Origin: an uncultured Gemmatimonadales bacterium
GTDB lineage: Bacteria; Gemmatimonadota; Gemmatimonadetes; Longimicrobiales; Longimicrobiaceae
DNA length: 64,000 nucleotides
Direction: 5' to 3'
Assembly (NCBI GenBank): GCA_963716255.1
Contig: OY970303.1
Coordinates: 800,001 to 864,000, forward strand
The notes beneath the pieces were generated by a model. It worked only from the letters and a program-made list of their open reading frames with translations, was not told the origin of the DNA and made no database searches. Position 1 is the first letter of the stretch, and each line of letters starts with the position of its first letter. This document shows positions 41,906 through 53,972 of this stretch, one piece after another. The position numbers were made by a program, and so were the translations under genes.

Positions 41906-43286
41906 CGATGATCGAAAGGAAGATTGCCGTCCCGCCCGGGAGGGGCGGCGGCCCGTGGGCACGCTCGACGCCCACCACCCAGAGCACCCGCCCCGCGGCG
42001 TCCGCCACCACGGCGGTCCGGGCGCGCGACGAGCGGGGTACACGCCGCTCCACGAAGAGCTTCTTGAGCGTCTTGGTGCCGCGCGGGGTGCGGATCCGGT
42101 CGCCCGGGCGCCACCCCCGCACGACGAGGGGGAGCTGCGCCGGGGAGAACGCCGCGGAGCGCTCCCCGCCGGAGGAGGCGCGGGGATCCGGCGGACCCAC
42201 CGTCCACTCCACGCGGAAGCTCCGCCCCCCGACGACGGCCCCGCCCACCCCGCTCCCCGGCTCCGCCGGGACGGTGAGGGGGCGGTCCCCGCCCGCATCG
42301 GCGCCGGCCCGCTCCACCCGCACCTCGCCGAACTCGGCCGCCATGCGGAGGCCCCCGCGGACCGGGATCACCCGTCCACTGGGGGCGCCGGTAATAAACT
42401 GAAGCGCCAACCGGGTTCCCGTCCTGTCGAGGACGACCCCGAACTGGCGCAAGAGCTTTCGCAGGAGCCGGGTGGCTGTCGCGGAATCATAAGCCCGGAA
42501 AGGAGCCCTGGCAAGCACGAGCGCCTCCCCTTCGCGGCGCGCCGCCTCGCGCCCGGCGGTCTCCAGGCGCGCGTCCCACGCCCGCTCGTCGGCGCGCGCC
42601 AGCTCCGCCAGGCGCACCAGGTTGCGCCGCGCGCCCGGCGCCACCGCGCGCTCCGCCAGCGGGAGGAGCCGGTGGCGGATGCGGTTGCGGACGGGGTCGC
42701 CGCCGCGGTTGCTGGGATCCTCGCGCCAGCGCAGCCCGGCCTCGCGGGCGTACGCGCGGATCTCGCGCCGCCAGAAGGGGAGGAGCGGGCGCACCAGGAC
42801 GCCGGAGCGGGGCGCGATCCCGGCCAGCCCGGAGGTGCCGGTGCCGCGCAGCACGCGGAAGAGCACCGTCTCCGCCTGGTCGTCGGCGTGGTGGGCGGTG
42901 GCGACCAGCTCCGCCCCGGCCTCGGCGGCGGCGCGGCGCAAAAAGGCGTAGCGCGCGGCGCGGGCCTCCGCCTCGGAGCGGGGGGCGCGCTCCAGCCGCG
43001 CGGAGGCCAGCGGCACGCCCCAGGCGGCGCAGAGCCCGGCCACCCAGCGGGCGTCGGCGCCGCTCCCGGGGCGCATGGCGTGGTCCAGGTGCGCGGCGCT
43101 CAGCTCGACCTCCAGCTCCCCCGCGCAGCCGCGCAGCAGGTGCAGGAGCACCACGGAGTCACAGCCGCCGGAGAGGGCCACCAGCAGCCGGTCGCCCCGC
43201 CCGATCCCCAGCGCTTCCAGCTCCGCGCGGAAGCGCTCCCGCAGCGGGGCCCCGCCCGCACCCTCGCCCGCGCGTCGTCTCGCCAT
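41898..43286 (-). CDS. tilS: tRNA(Ile)-lysidine synthase
   Basis: SGGCDS PP-loop, HHADDQAET, RPLL, RNRIR. Confidence 0.95.
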   Translation of the reverse strand: MARRRAGEGAGGAPLRERFRAELEALGIGRGDRLLVALSGGCDSVVLLHLLRGCAGELEVELSAAHLDHAMRPGSGADARWVAGLCAAWGVPLASARLERAPRSEAEARAARYAFLRRAAAEAGAELVATAHHADDQAETVLFRVLRGTGTSGLAGIAPRSGVLVRPLLPFWRREIRAYAREAGLRWREDPSNRGGDPVRNRIRHRLLPLAERAVAPGARRNLVRLAELARADERAWDARLETAGREAARREGEALVLARAPFRAYDSATATRLLRKLLRQFGVVLDRTGTRLALQFITGAPSGRVIPVRGGLRMAAEFGEVRVERAGADAGGDRPLTVPAEPGSGVGGAVVGGRSFRVEWTVGPPDPRASSGGERSAAFSPAQLPLVVRGWRPGDRIRTPRGTKTLKKLFVERRVPRSSRARTAVVADAAGRVLWVVGVERAHGPPPLPGGTAIFLSIIDD

Positions 43287-43300
43287 CCCCTGCAAATGGC

Positions 43301-43337
43301 GAAGCCCGCCGCCCCCGTCAAGGGGGCGGCGGGCTTC
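43301..43337. terminator. GC-rich hairpin downstream of the BON gene
   Basis: GAAGCCCGCCGCCCCC...GGGGGCGGCGGGCTTC. Confidence 0.65.
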
Positions 43338-43357
43338 GTCCGCGCGCGGCGGCCGGC

Positions 43358-43888
43358 TCAGGACCCGCCGGACTGCGTCCGCGCGGCCCCGGCGGACCGC
43401 GCCGGGCCGGCTCCCTCCCCGCCCTGGCGGAGAGTCAGCTCAGAGCGCACTCCCCGCACCCCGTCCACGTCCCAGGCGTCGTCGGTGGCGTAGCGCACCT
43501 CGTCGAAGTCCGGCAGCTCCCCGGCCAGGGTGACGATCCCCTCCTTCACCTCCACGGTGATGGCGTCCGCGTCCACCCAGGTGTCGTAGAAGAGGGCTTC
43601 CTCCACCTCCTCCTTGAGCTCCTCGTCCGAGCGGCGCTGCCGGCGGAGCCGCTCGTGGTACGGCCCCAGCCCGTAGCGGGCCGGCCCGTACACGGTGGCC
43701 GGATCCCAGAACTCCTCGTGCTCCGCCATCCCCATCCCCTCCGCGGCCGCGTCGGCCCAGGTCCCGCCGCGCCCGTAGCCGGCATCGTAGCGCGGGGCGA
43801 ACCCGCCGCCCGGTCCGGGGCGGCGGAACGGGAGGTCGTACCGCGGGCCCGAGGGAAAGCCACCCCAACCGCCGTCGTAGCGCGCCAT
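43358..43888 (-). CDS. BON domain protein with Gly/Tyr/Arg-rich N-terminus
   Basis: RSDEELKEEV...ITVEVKEGIVTLAG...VDGVRGVRSEL. Confidence 0.85.
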   Translation of the reverse strand: MARYDGGWGGFPSGPRYDLPFRRPGPGGGFAPRYDAGYGRGGTWADAAAEGMGMAEHEEFWDPATVYGPARYGLGPYHERLRRQRRSDEELKEEVEEALFYDTWVDADAITVEVKEGIVTLAGELPDFDEVRYATDDAWDVDGVRGVRSELTLRQGGEGAGPARSAGAARTQSGGS

Positions 43889-44077
43889 CGTCGTTCCTCC
43901 GGGAGCCGTCGAAAGGGAAAGCAGGCCCCGCGCCGGGAGTCCGGCGGGCCGTACGAGCCGGGACACCCGGCCGCAACAAGCATTCCATCGAGGGAACAGG
44001 GAATCCGCCCCAACGGCCCACACCACCGCCCAAGGGAACAGGGAACAGCCCCCAACGGCAACAACCCCACAGAGCAG

Positions 44078-44977
44078 TCAGCCGTTCGCAGTTGCAGGCT
44101 GTTCCCTGTTCCCTGTTCCCTGTTCCCTGCCGTCCCCTGGCGGGAGCGGACGCCCGAACATGTCGTGCAGCACGCGGGCGAGCCGGTCGGGGCGGTCGGT
44201 GACGATCCCATCCACCCCCCACTCCAGCAGACGGCGCATGTCCGCCTCCTCGTCCACCGTCCACACGTGCACGGCCACGTTGCGGGCGTGCACCTCGCGC
44301 AACAGCCGCGGGGTGAGCACCTGCCGGCCGCCGAAGCGCTCCGGCATCTGGAAGGCGTCCACCGGGGGCCGCCAGAACCGCGTGGCGTGGGCGAGGTGGA
44401 GGAGGTAGAAGGACTTCATCTCCTCCCCGGACGCGCTGGTTGGCCCCGGGTACGCGCCGAAGAGGGAGCGGTTCGCCCGGTGGCCGGCGGCGATCAGCAC
44501 GCGGCGCGTGGCGTCCAGGTCGTGGACCGTTTCCCAGGTGCGGCGCTGCGCCCGGGCGTCCTTGACCTCCACGTTGACGCGGGCGCCCGGAAAAGCGAGG
44601 AGGAGCTCTTCGAGCGTGCTCACGCGCACGCCGCTGCCGCGGAAGGGGAAGGTGCGGCCGCCGTCGGGGGTGAAGCGGAAGCCGGCGTCCAGCGCCCGGA
44701 CCTCGGCCAGGCGCAGCGAGGCCAGCGGGCCGGTGCCGTCGGTGGTGCGGTCCACGGTGGCGTCGTGGATGACCACCACCTCGCCGTCGGAGGTGGGCTG
44801 CACGTCCACCTCAAGGACGTCGGCGCCCCACCAGTCCAGGGCGCGGCGGAAGGCTTCGAGGGTGTTCTCGGGAGCCAGGGCGGAGCCGCCCCGGTGGGCC
44901 ATCAGGAGGGGCGCGCCGGCCAGGTAGGGGTGGCCGGGGCGGACGGCGGGGGGGCGCCGGGTGCCGAACGGACGCAT
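44078..44977 (-). CDS. Glycerophosphodiester phosphodiesterase
   Basis: AHRGG..LAPENTLEAF, EVDV, VIHD, WTVD, GIVTDRP. Confidence 0.92.
   Translation of the reverse strand: MRPFGTRRPPAVRPGHPYLAGAPLLMAHRGGSALAPENTLEAFRRALDWWGADVLEVDVQPTSDGEVVVIHDATVDRTTDGTGPLASLRLAEVRALDAGFRFTPDGGRTFPFRGSGVRVSTLEELLLAFPGARVNVEVKDARAQRRTWETVHDLDATRRVLIAAGHRANRSLFGAYPGPTSASGEEMKSFYLLHLAHATRFWRPPVDAFQMPERFGGRQVLTPRLLREVHARNVAVHVWTVDEEADMRRLLEWGVDGIVTDRPDRLARVLHDMFGRPLPPGDGREQGTGNREQPATANG
44099..44129. repeat. (CTGTTCC)n heptamer tandem, inverted against GGGAACA copies at 43992-44048
   Basis: ctgttccctgttccctgttccctgttccctg. Confidence 0.85.
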
Positions 44978-44996
44978 CCGGGCGGCCCCCGCGGCG

Positions 44997-45512
44997 TCAG
45001 AAGCCGTTCTCGAGCCGCGCGCGCTCGGCGGCGCTCAGGCCGTACAGCCGGTACAGCACCAGGTCCACGAGGTGGCAGGTCATGGAGCGCGCCCACACCA
45101 CCCGCTGGGAGTCCGCGCCCGCCTCCAGCCGGGCGGTCAGCTCCGCGCACCGATCCCCCAGGAACGCCAGGATCTCCTCCACCGCGTCCGGGTGCGGGCG
45201 GGCCGGGGCGAGCGAGTCGGCCGGGGCGCGCTCCACCAGCAGCCCCTCCACGAAGGCCAGGACCCCGGGGAAGACCATCTCGGTGAGGTGGCCGCCGACG
45301 ACCAGCTCCTCGTCCGTCAGCTCCTCCCAGGCCAGCTCGTTCCAGTACAGCTCCTCCGCCTCCCGGCGGAAGAAGGCGAGCCGGTCGGCGGGGAGCCGGT
45401 CGGCGTCGGGGGCGACGGGCGCCAGCGGACGGTCGGCCGCTTCGAGGATGCGCGCCCGGCGCGACTCGACGTACGGCTGGGCGGTCGCGGGCTCTGCGGC
45501 TTGCTTGCTCAT
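44997..45512 (-). CDS. Hypothetical protein
   Basis: Codon-biased ORF with helical, acidic composition. Confidence 0.7.
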   Translation of the reverse strand: MSKQAAEPATAQPYVESRRARILEAADRPLAPVAPDADRLPADRLAFFRREAEELYWNELAWEELTDEELVVGGHLTEMVFPGVLAFVEGLLVERAPADSLAPARPHPDAVEEILAFLGDRCAELTARLEAGADSQRVVWARSMTCHLVDLVLYRLYGLSAAERARLENGF

Positions 45513-45605
45513 GGATCGGTCAGTGCGGAGTTGTCCTGGCGCCCGGTCCAGCGGCGCAGCGACAACTTAGACGGGGGGAGAGCGGTCTCGCAATGCCGGA
45601 CGGGG

Positions 45606-46361
45606 CTAGGCGAGGCGCTCGGCCTCCGCGTGCACGGCCGGGTCAGCCGGGAGGTTTGCGCCGGTCAGCTCGGCGCGCTCCAGGTCCGCCCCGGACATCT
45701 CCGCGCCCGCCAGGTTGGCCTGCGACAGGTCCGCGCCCTTGAGCGTGGCGCCCGAGAGCGCGGCGCCGCTCAGGTTGGTCCCGGCGAGCGTCGCGCCGGT
45801 GAGGTTGGCGCCCTTCAGCACCGCCTCCGACAGGTTGGCGCCGCCCAGGTCCGCCCACTCCAGCGTGGCGAACTCCAGCACCGCCCCGCTCAGGTCGGCG
45901 CCCTTGAGGTAGGCGCCCGTGAGGTTCGCGCCCTTGAGCGAGGCGCCGGCCAGGTCGGCCCCGGTGAGCACCGCGCCCTTGAGGTACGCCCCCGTCAGGT
46001 GCACGCCCTTGAGGTAGGCCCACTCCAGGTAGACCCCCTCCATGAACGCCCACTCCAGGTTGGCCCGCTCCAGGTACGCCCCCCACAGGTGGGCGGACTT
46101 GAGGTAGGCCTCCGTCAGGTTGGCCCCGGTGAGGTCGGCGCCCTTGAGGTCCGCGCCCTCCAGGTCCGCCCCGGACAGGTCCGCGCCGCCCAGGATGGCG
46201 CCGGCAAGCCGCGCGCCCTTGAGGCTGGCGCGCTCCAGCCGCGCGCCGGCCAGGTTGGCCCGCTCCAGGTTCACTCCGTCCAGGACGGCACCCCGCAGGT
46301 TGAGGTGTCCGGCGGCCACGAGCCTCCACATGTCCCGGTCGGTGAGAATCCTGTGCTCCAT
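45606..46361 (-). CDS. Pentapeptide repeat protein
   Basis: Long run of A(D/N)LxG repeats. Confidence 0.92.
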   Translation of the reverse strand: MEHRILTDRDMWRLVAAGHLNLRGAVLDGVNLERANLAGARLERASLKGARLAGAILGGADLSGADLEGADLKGADLTGANLTEAYLKSAHLWGAYLERANLEWAFMEGVYLEWAYLKGVHLTGAYLKGAVLTGADLAGASLKGANLTGAYLKGADLSGAVLEFATLEWADLGGANLSEAVLKGANLTGATLAGTNLSGAALSGATLKGADLSQANLAGAEMSGADLERAELTGANLPADPAVHAEAERLA

Positions 46362-46461
46362 GCAGCGCCTCCCCCGGCGGTGAGGCCAGGTCTCTCGGGT
46401 GGTTGGAACCATGGGATCGACGCGCGGCGGCTACGGCACCGGCCGGCCGCCACGCCGGGCG

Positions 46462-46725
46462 TCACTTTCCGCTCCCTTCCCTCAGCATCGCCCAGCGCCA
46501 GCGCATACGGCCCTGCCAGCCGCACACGGTACACCTGCGGAGCTGCGTGGTGGACAGCACCGCGAGCAGCCGGTCCGTCCCGGTCCCGCACCCGGGCTCG
46601 TGCCGGGTGGTGATGCGCCGGCACGTGGGACAGGCAGGAGCCTCGGGGAGCCTGGTCAGATAATGAAGCGCGAAAACCGGCGCGGCAAGTGCAGCGATCG
46701 CAACGCTTGCGAGGATCATAGCCAT
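46462..46725 (-). CDS. Small membrane-anchored Zn-ribbon-like protein
   Basis: N-terminal TM, CPTC ... CTVCGW; GGAGG upstream. Confidence 0.55.
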   Translation of the reverse strand: MAMILASVAIAALAAPVFALHYLTRLPEAPACPTCRRITTRHEPGCGTGTDRLLAVLSTTQLRRCTVCGWQGRMRWRWAMLREGSGK

Positions 46726-46883
46726 GCGTTCCCCCCTCCGGGAGGGAGAAGCGGGGTCGGGACGCGCCCGGCCGCACGGGTCGGGACGATGGGGGAACGA
46801 CGCAAACCGCGTTCCGCGAAGCACGTACGCTTCTTGCAAACCCGGCCGGCAGACTCCATGGACGCCGACACCGGGAGGGGGAC

Positions 46884-47291
46884 ATGCGCTACGACGAGCG
46901 ATACGGACGCGGCTTCGGGGGCCGCGGGGGACCCGGCCGGGAGCGCCGCCCGCGCGGCTACGCGGCCGACTACCGGCGAGGGTACGACCGGGACCGGGGC
47001 CCCGGCTACCGGCCGCCCTTCGGGGACGCCGCGCTCGCCGAGGGCTCGTTCGCGATGGGGCCCGGGTTCATGCCGCTCGGCTGGGGGTGGTACGGGCCCA
47101 TGGGGATGGACCCCGGACCGTTCCCCTACGGGCCGCGGGGCTGGGGCGCCCCCGAGCGCCCGCCGCGGCGCCCGGAGGAGAGCCCCGCCTACGGCCGGGG
47201 CGGCGACGAGGAGCTGCGCCGCTGGGCGCGCGAGCGCGGGTACGACGTGGGGTACGCCATCTATCCGCGCGACCCCCGCCGCGCCCGCTGA
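46884..47291 (+). CDS. Gly/Arg/Tyr/Pro-rich hypothetical protein
   Basis: GGGAGG RBS; low-complexity ORF. Confidence 0.6.
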   Translation: MRYDERYGRGFGGRGGPGRERRPRGYAADYRRGYDRDRGPGYRPPFGDAALAEGSFAMGPGFMPLGWGWYGPMGMDPGPFPYGPRGWGAPERPPRRPEESPAYGRGGDEELRRWARERGYDVGYAIYPRDPRRAR

Positions 47292-47318
47292 ACCACGACC
47301 ACGGGACCAGGAAAGGAC

Positions 47319-47648
47319 ATGAGCAGACACCGCAACGAGGACCCGGCGTTCGACCCCGAGGAGATCGAGGCGTCCGACCCGCTCGGCGAGCAGGCGTTCG
47401 ACGAGATGGGCTTCGACGACGCCCCGAACGGCGGCCCCGGCCTGAGCGCCCCCTCGCTGGAGGACGACGCCGTCAACAAGCGTCCCGGCGGCGGCGGCCA
47501 GAAGGTCGCCGGGATCCCCGAGGCGCGGCAGCACGAGATGAACAGCTCCGACCTCGGCCGCCCCGACTCCGAGGGGATCGTGATCCACGAGCGCGGCGGA
47601 GCCGGCAAGGGCGACCCCGCTGTCGGCGGCACCCGACCGGAGTCGTAG
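47319..47648 (+). CDS. Acidic, probably disordered hypothetical protein
   Basis: AGGAAAGGA RBS; strong GC3 bias. Confidence 0.7.
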   Translation: MSRHRNEDPAFDPEEIEASDPLGEQAFDEMGFDDAPNGGPGLSAPSLEDDAVNKRPGGGGQKVAGIPEARQHEMNSSDLGRPDSEGIVIHERGGAGKGDPAVGGTRPES

Positions 47649-47651
47649 GCC

Positions 47652-48419
47652 GTGCCGCGCGGGCGAAGCGCCCGAGCCCCCAGCGCCGAGGCCGGCGGGA
47701 CGCGCGTCCCGCCGGCCTCGGCCCGTACGCCCCTCGACGCGGCCGGGGCGGCGTCCCGCAAGCGTCCCTTCGACGTCCACGAGGCGATGCGGCGCATCGA
47801 GGAGGAGGTCCGCCCCTACCCCAAGGCCGCGCTCTTCGAGCTGGCGGAGAGGGGGTTCGGGACCGCCTTCGAGCAGCTGGTGGCCTGCATCCTCTCCATC
47901 CGCACCCTCGACGAGACCATGCTCCCCACCGCGCTCGCCCTTTTCGAGCGTGCCCGCACCCCCGCGCAGGTGGCCGCGCTCACGCCGGAGCAGATCGACG
48001 CCGCCATCCGCGCCTGCACCTTCCACGAGGGCAAGGCGCGGCAGATCCACGAGATCGCGCGCGTGGTCGCGGAGGAGCACGGCGGCGTCCTTCCCTGCGA
48101 CGAGGCGCTGATGCTGGGCTTCCGCGGGGTGGGCCCCAAGTGCGCGAACCTGGTGCTGGGGATCGCGTGCGGCCAGGCGAAGATCGGTGTGGACGTGCAC
48201 GTGCACCGCGTCACCAACCGCTGGGGATACGTGAGCGCCCCCACGCCCGAGCGGACGATGGAGGCGCTGTACGAGAAGCTGCCGCCGGAGTACGCGGTGG
48301 AGATCAACCGCCTGCTGGTCCCCTTCGGCAAGCACGTGTGCACCGGGCGCGCGCCCAGGTGCTCCGTCTGCCCGGTGCTGGACATGTGCCGCCAGGTGGG
48401 CGTGACCACGCACCGCTGA
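47652..48419 (+). CDS. nth: Endonuclease III (HhH-GPD, Fe-S cluster)
   Basis: GVGPKCA, VDVHVHR, C-x6-C-x2-C-x5-C. Confidence 0.92.
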   Translation: MPRGRSARAPSAEAGGTRVPPASARTPLDAAGAASRKRPFDVHEAMRRIEEEVRPYPKAALFELAERGFGTAFEQLVACILSIRTLDETMLPTALALFERARTPAQVAALTPEQIDAAIRACTFHEGKARQIHEIARVVAEEHGGVLPCDEALMLGFRGVGPKCANLVLGIACGQAKIGVDVHVHRVTNRWGYVSAPTPERTMEALYEKLPPEYAVEINRLLVPFGKHVCTGRAPRCSVCPVLDMCRQVGVTTHR

Positions 48420-48426
48420 CCGGCGG

Positions 48427-48732
48427 CTACGCGGCCCTGGCCCCGCCGCGGAGCTCGCGCACCAGCTCGCGCAGGGCGAGCAGCACCTGCTCGTTGCCCT
48501 CGCGCAGCAGCGCGGCGATGATGTGCTTGCAGATGCGCTCGCGCCACAGGTGGTCGCCGCAGTCGCAGCGCGGGTTGTGCGTGGTGTACAGGTCCACCCA
48601 GTGCGCCTCGCTCCCGCCGGTCACGCGGTAGCGGCCGTGGCCGGTGGGCTGCACCTGCAGCCCCAGGCTGCGCTCCAGCCGGTCCAGGTGCACCCCTCCC
48701 GCCCGCTGGAAGTCGATCGCCGGCTTCGCCAT
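48427..48732 (-). CDS. Stand-alone SWIM zinc-finger protein
   Basis: CDCGD...CKH. Confidence 0.8.
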   Translation of the reverse strand: MAKPAIDFQRAGGVHLDRLERSLGLQVQPTGHGRYRVTGGSEAHWVDLYTTHNPRCDCGDHLWRERICKHIIAALLREGNEQVLLALRELVRELRGGARAA

Positions 48733-48994
48733 CGTCCGCTCCTTTTCCCTGTCTGCCTGGATCCCGGGTTGCTGATTTCTTCATACACCACAACACCCGA
48801 ACAGATCCCGAATCAAGATAGAAAAAACCGCCGTCCACCAGCATTTTCCGGGAACATAGGCCAGAGGCGGAGTTGGGGCGCTTTCCCGAGTTTCGTGCAC
48901 GCGCCGGCGGACGTCGGGCGGGTCCCCGGAACAGCGAGGCCGCCGTCGCAGCGTCGCGACGGCGGCCACCCGGAAGGGCCCAGGGAGGTGGGGC

Positions 48995-49537
48995 CTAGCG
49001 GACCGCGTACACGTCCTTCGGCCCGCTCACGTCGAAGGTGTAGACCTCGTACGGGTCCTTGTGCTGCCCCTCCATCCCGGGCGAGCCCATGGGCATCCCG
49101 GGCACGGCGACTCCCTTCACGTTGGGGCGCTCGGTCAGAAGCTTGCGGATCACGTCCGCGGGAACGTGCCCCTCCACCGCGTACCCGTTGACCAGTGCCG
49201 TGTGGCAGGACTGGAGCCCCTTGGGCACGCCGTGCTCCTGCTTGATGGCCGGCATGTCGTCGCGCGGCACGCTCACCACGCGGAACCCATTCTGGCGAAG
49301 GTGCTCCTCCCACTTGGTGCAGCACCCGCAGGTGGGCGACTTGTACACCGTCACCGTCACGGCCTGCCCCGTCTGCCCGGCCTCCCCGCCGGACGCGGCG
49401 GCGACCCTGGCGGCGCTCTCGCCGCTCCCACCCTGCGCGGCGTCTTCGCCCCGGGCGCACCCCGCGGCGAGGGGAGCGAGCACGAGCAGCGCGAGGGCCG
49501 GCGCCCTCCTGAGGATTCGCGTCATGGCCTGGATCAT
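48995..49537 (-). CDS. DUF411 metal-binding lipoprotein
   Basis: LAAGC lipobox, KSPTCGCC..W, SCHTA..GY.VEGHVP, PGMP.GSPGM. Confidence 0.9.
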   Translation of the reverse strand: MIQAMTRILRRAPALALLVLAPLAAGCARGEDAAQGGSGESAARVAAASGGEAGQTGQAVTVTVYKSPTCGCCTKWEEHLRQNGFRVVSVPRDDMPAIKQEHGVPKGLQSCHTALVNGYAVEGHVPADVIRKLLTERPNVKGVAVPGMPMGSPGMEGQHKDPYEVYTFDVSGPKDVYAVR

Positions 49538-49725
49538 CGTTCGGGGGAGGTCGGGAACCGGCGCGGATGGAGCGCGCGGGACAGGCTCAGTACCGGGCGG
49601 ACCCGCTCGCGGTTCCCGCCGGACGCGCGGCACGAGCCGCAGGCAAAGATCTCGCCCCCGGGGCGTCCGCGGCAAGGGGACCGCGCGCCTCCGCCCGAGC
49701 CCGACGACGCCGGCGCGCCGCCAGG

Positions 49726-49810
49726 GCCCTCACCCGGCTCGCTTGAGGCTCGCCACCCTCTCCCTTCATCCGGTTCACGCGAAGCGTGAAGCGACATTCC
49801 GGGAGAGGGG
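49726..49810. repeat. REP-like repeat (also 63911-63995; partial copies near 29110, 37375 and 50995)
   Basis: CCCTCACCCGGCTCGCTTGAGGCTCGCCACC...GGAGAGGG. Confidence 0.85.
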
Positions 49811-49844
49811 GCAACTGCTGGATATCACGGCCACGTCGGCAGTT

Positions 49845-49973
49845 GCGTGAGGGATTACGGCCCGAAGGGGCGAGACCGCGCGGCCGTTTGCGCGGGCTCG
49901 ACTCCGTTGGGCTGCGTTGTCTGCAGCCCTACGGAGCCGAAGCCCGACCCCGGCGCCAGCCGGGGGCACGCCC
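49845..49973 (-). repeat. Structured repeat family A, copy 3
   Basis: Reverse complement of family A. Confidence 0.9.
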
Positions 49974-50451
49974 GAACCTGCCGCAAGCAGTTCAGCCGAA
50001 TCCGTTGTCAGTCGTAGCTCGCCGCGCCGCCCGTCTGCGTGGTGCGCTCGAGATCCGCCGCGTGTCCTCCCGGTCCGGGTTCAGGGTTCCAGCGTTGCGC
50101 GTAGCGGCTTCGCAAGGGGTGTCCCGGCAGCGACATACACGTACGCTTCACCGGGATCGTGAACGGATTTTGCATCGGTCCGGCGTCCACGAAAAACGTC
50201 GTTACGGGGCTGTTGCGGGATCGTGGAGGACGCCTTACCTTCTCATGTGGAAGGCCGGACCCGGCTGCGCCGCGCGCGCCGGTCCGCACCTCTCGACCCC
50301 CGGACCGCCCCGGGCGCGCCGCACGGCCGCCGGGACCCTCCGCCGGTCGCGCACCGTTCCCTAGCCCCCGCTGCGGGAAGGAGAGACGTGGTGCAGATCT
50401 GGGAGTTTTTCTACGGCTCCACCCGACGACGCTCCGTTCGGAACGCCCCGC

Positions 50452-50474
50452 ACAACGCTGCGGCGGCGTTTTTT
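50452..50474 (+). terminator. Intrinsic terminator-like hairpin 3' arm and U-tract in the leader of the SWIM gene
   Basis: AACGCCCCGCA-caacgc-TGCGGCGGCGTTTTTT (hairpin begins near 50442). Confidence 0.6.
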
Positions 50475-50499
50475 GTTGCTCCCTAGCCAGGAGGTACCG

Positions 50500-50742
50500 A
50501 TGCTCGATTCGGGGATGATCAGCAAGATCCAGAAGGCGAAGACCTACGCGACCGAGCCCGACCGCATCCACTTCCAGAGCCTCAAGGTGGAGTTCGACGG
50601 CAACAACGGGAACCACGAGGTGCAGTTCGACCAGGGCCACTGGCGCTGCGACTGCGGCTACTTCCACAGTCACGGCACCTGCAGCCACACCATGGCCATG
50701 GAGCGCGTGCTCGGCGTGATGGCTCCCCACGAGGTGGGCTGA
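50500..50742 (+). CDS. Small SWIM zinc-finger protein
   Basis: AGGAGGT RBS; WRCDCGYF....TCSH. Confidence 0.85.
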   Translation: MLDSGMISKIQKAKTYATEPDRIHFQSLKVEFDGNNGNHEVQFDQGHWRCDCGYFHSHGTCSHTMAMERVLGVMAPHEVG

Positions 50743-50834
50743 AGAGGGCGCCACCCTGTGTGAACCGGCCGCCGCGTGGAGTCGCGGCGGCCGGTTTTGT
50801 TTTTGCGGCAAGGTTCGTTTTAACTGCTGGGTCT

Positions 50835-50963
50835 GGGCGTGTCCCCGGCTGGCGCCGGGGTCGGGCTTCGGCTCCGTAGAGCAGCAAACAACGCTGCTCA
50901 ACGGAGTCGAGCCCCGGCAAACTGCCGCCGGGTCTCGCCCCTTCGGGCCGAAATCCCTCACGC
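50835..50963 (+). repeat. Structured repeat family A, copy 4
   Basis: GGGCGTG...ATCCCTCACGC. Confidence 0.9.
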
Positions 50964-51289
50964 GGGGCTCGCGCTGGCGTCCGCGGGGGCCCCCACCCGG
51001 CTCGCTTAGGCTCGCATGGCTTTCCCCTATATCCCCCAATTCTGGGGGAGGGTTGGCCGAAGGTCGGGCACCTTGCCGTTGCGATCTGCGCCGGGAGGTC
51101 GGGGGGAGGGTCCGCAGGCGGTGCGTTTGTTCGAAGCCAGCGTGATGCCGCGGACCTGCTCGACCGGTGGGCGAGTGCTCTGGCGAGTCCCTTCGGTTGT
51201 CGCACCGCCGGAGGAGCCTCCCCCGGCCGACCCCAAACACGGAGCTAGCCGGAGCGCATCTTGGCGCACGCAGAAGACACCGGAAGCGC

Positions 51290-51319
51290 GAAAGGGCCGC
51301 TCAGACGAGCGGCCCTTTC
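51290..51319 (-). terminator. Hairpin downstream of the tRNA pair
   Basis: GAAAGGGCCGCTC-agac-GAGCGGCCCTTTC. Confidence 0.7.
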
Positions 51320-51326
51320 GGACAGG

Positions 51327-51400
51327 TAGCGGAGGAGGGACTCGAACCCCCGACACGCGGATTATGATTCCGCTGCTCTAACCAGCTGAGCTACTCCGCC
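51327..51400 (-). tRNA. tRNA-Met(CAT), elongator type
   Basis: GGCGGAGTAGCTCAGCTGGTTAGAGCAGCGGAAT-CAT-AATCCGCG...TTCGAGTCCCTCCTCCGCTA. Confidence 0.95.
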
Positions 51401-51414
51401 ACGGAATTCTTTTA

Positions 51415-51488
<74 letters not shown>

Positions 51489-51500
51489 ACAAGTGCAGGA

Positions 51501-51524
51501 AATATAACCCCTGGCCCGGAAACG

Positions 51525-51528
<4 letters not shown>
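51501..51528 (-). promoter_or_regulatory. Sigma70 promoter for the tRNA pair
   Basis: TTGACG-16 nt-TATATT. Confidence 0.7.
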
Positions 51529-53831
<2,303 letters not shown>

Positions 53832-53972
53832 GGGAGGTGGGGGAACGGAAGAGTGGGGGTCCTGGTGGGCGGGGTCCGGAAGCGCACCAAGCTCGCAGCC
53901 GGCCGGCCGTCCCGCAAGCCCGCCCTGTCGGGTAGGCTGCGCCCCGTACGGGCAGATTGTTCGAGGGCACGC

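Noticed and set aside
45606..46361. CRISPR-like periodic repeats
   Set aside because: The 15-bp periodicity comes from pentapeptide coding; no spacers or cas genes in the window
51327..51400. tRNA-Ile2(CAT), suggested by tilS in the window
   Set aside because: The sequence looks like elongator tRNA-Met (GGCGGAG acceptor stem); needs tRNAscan-SE isotype scoring to be certain
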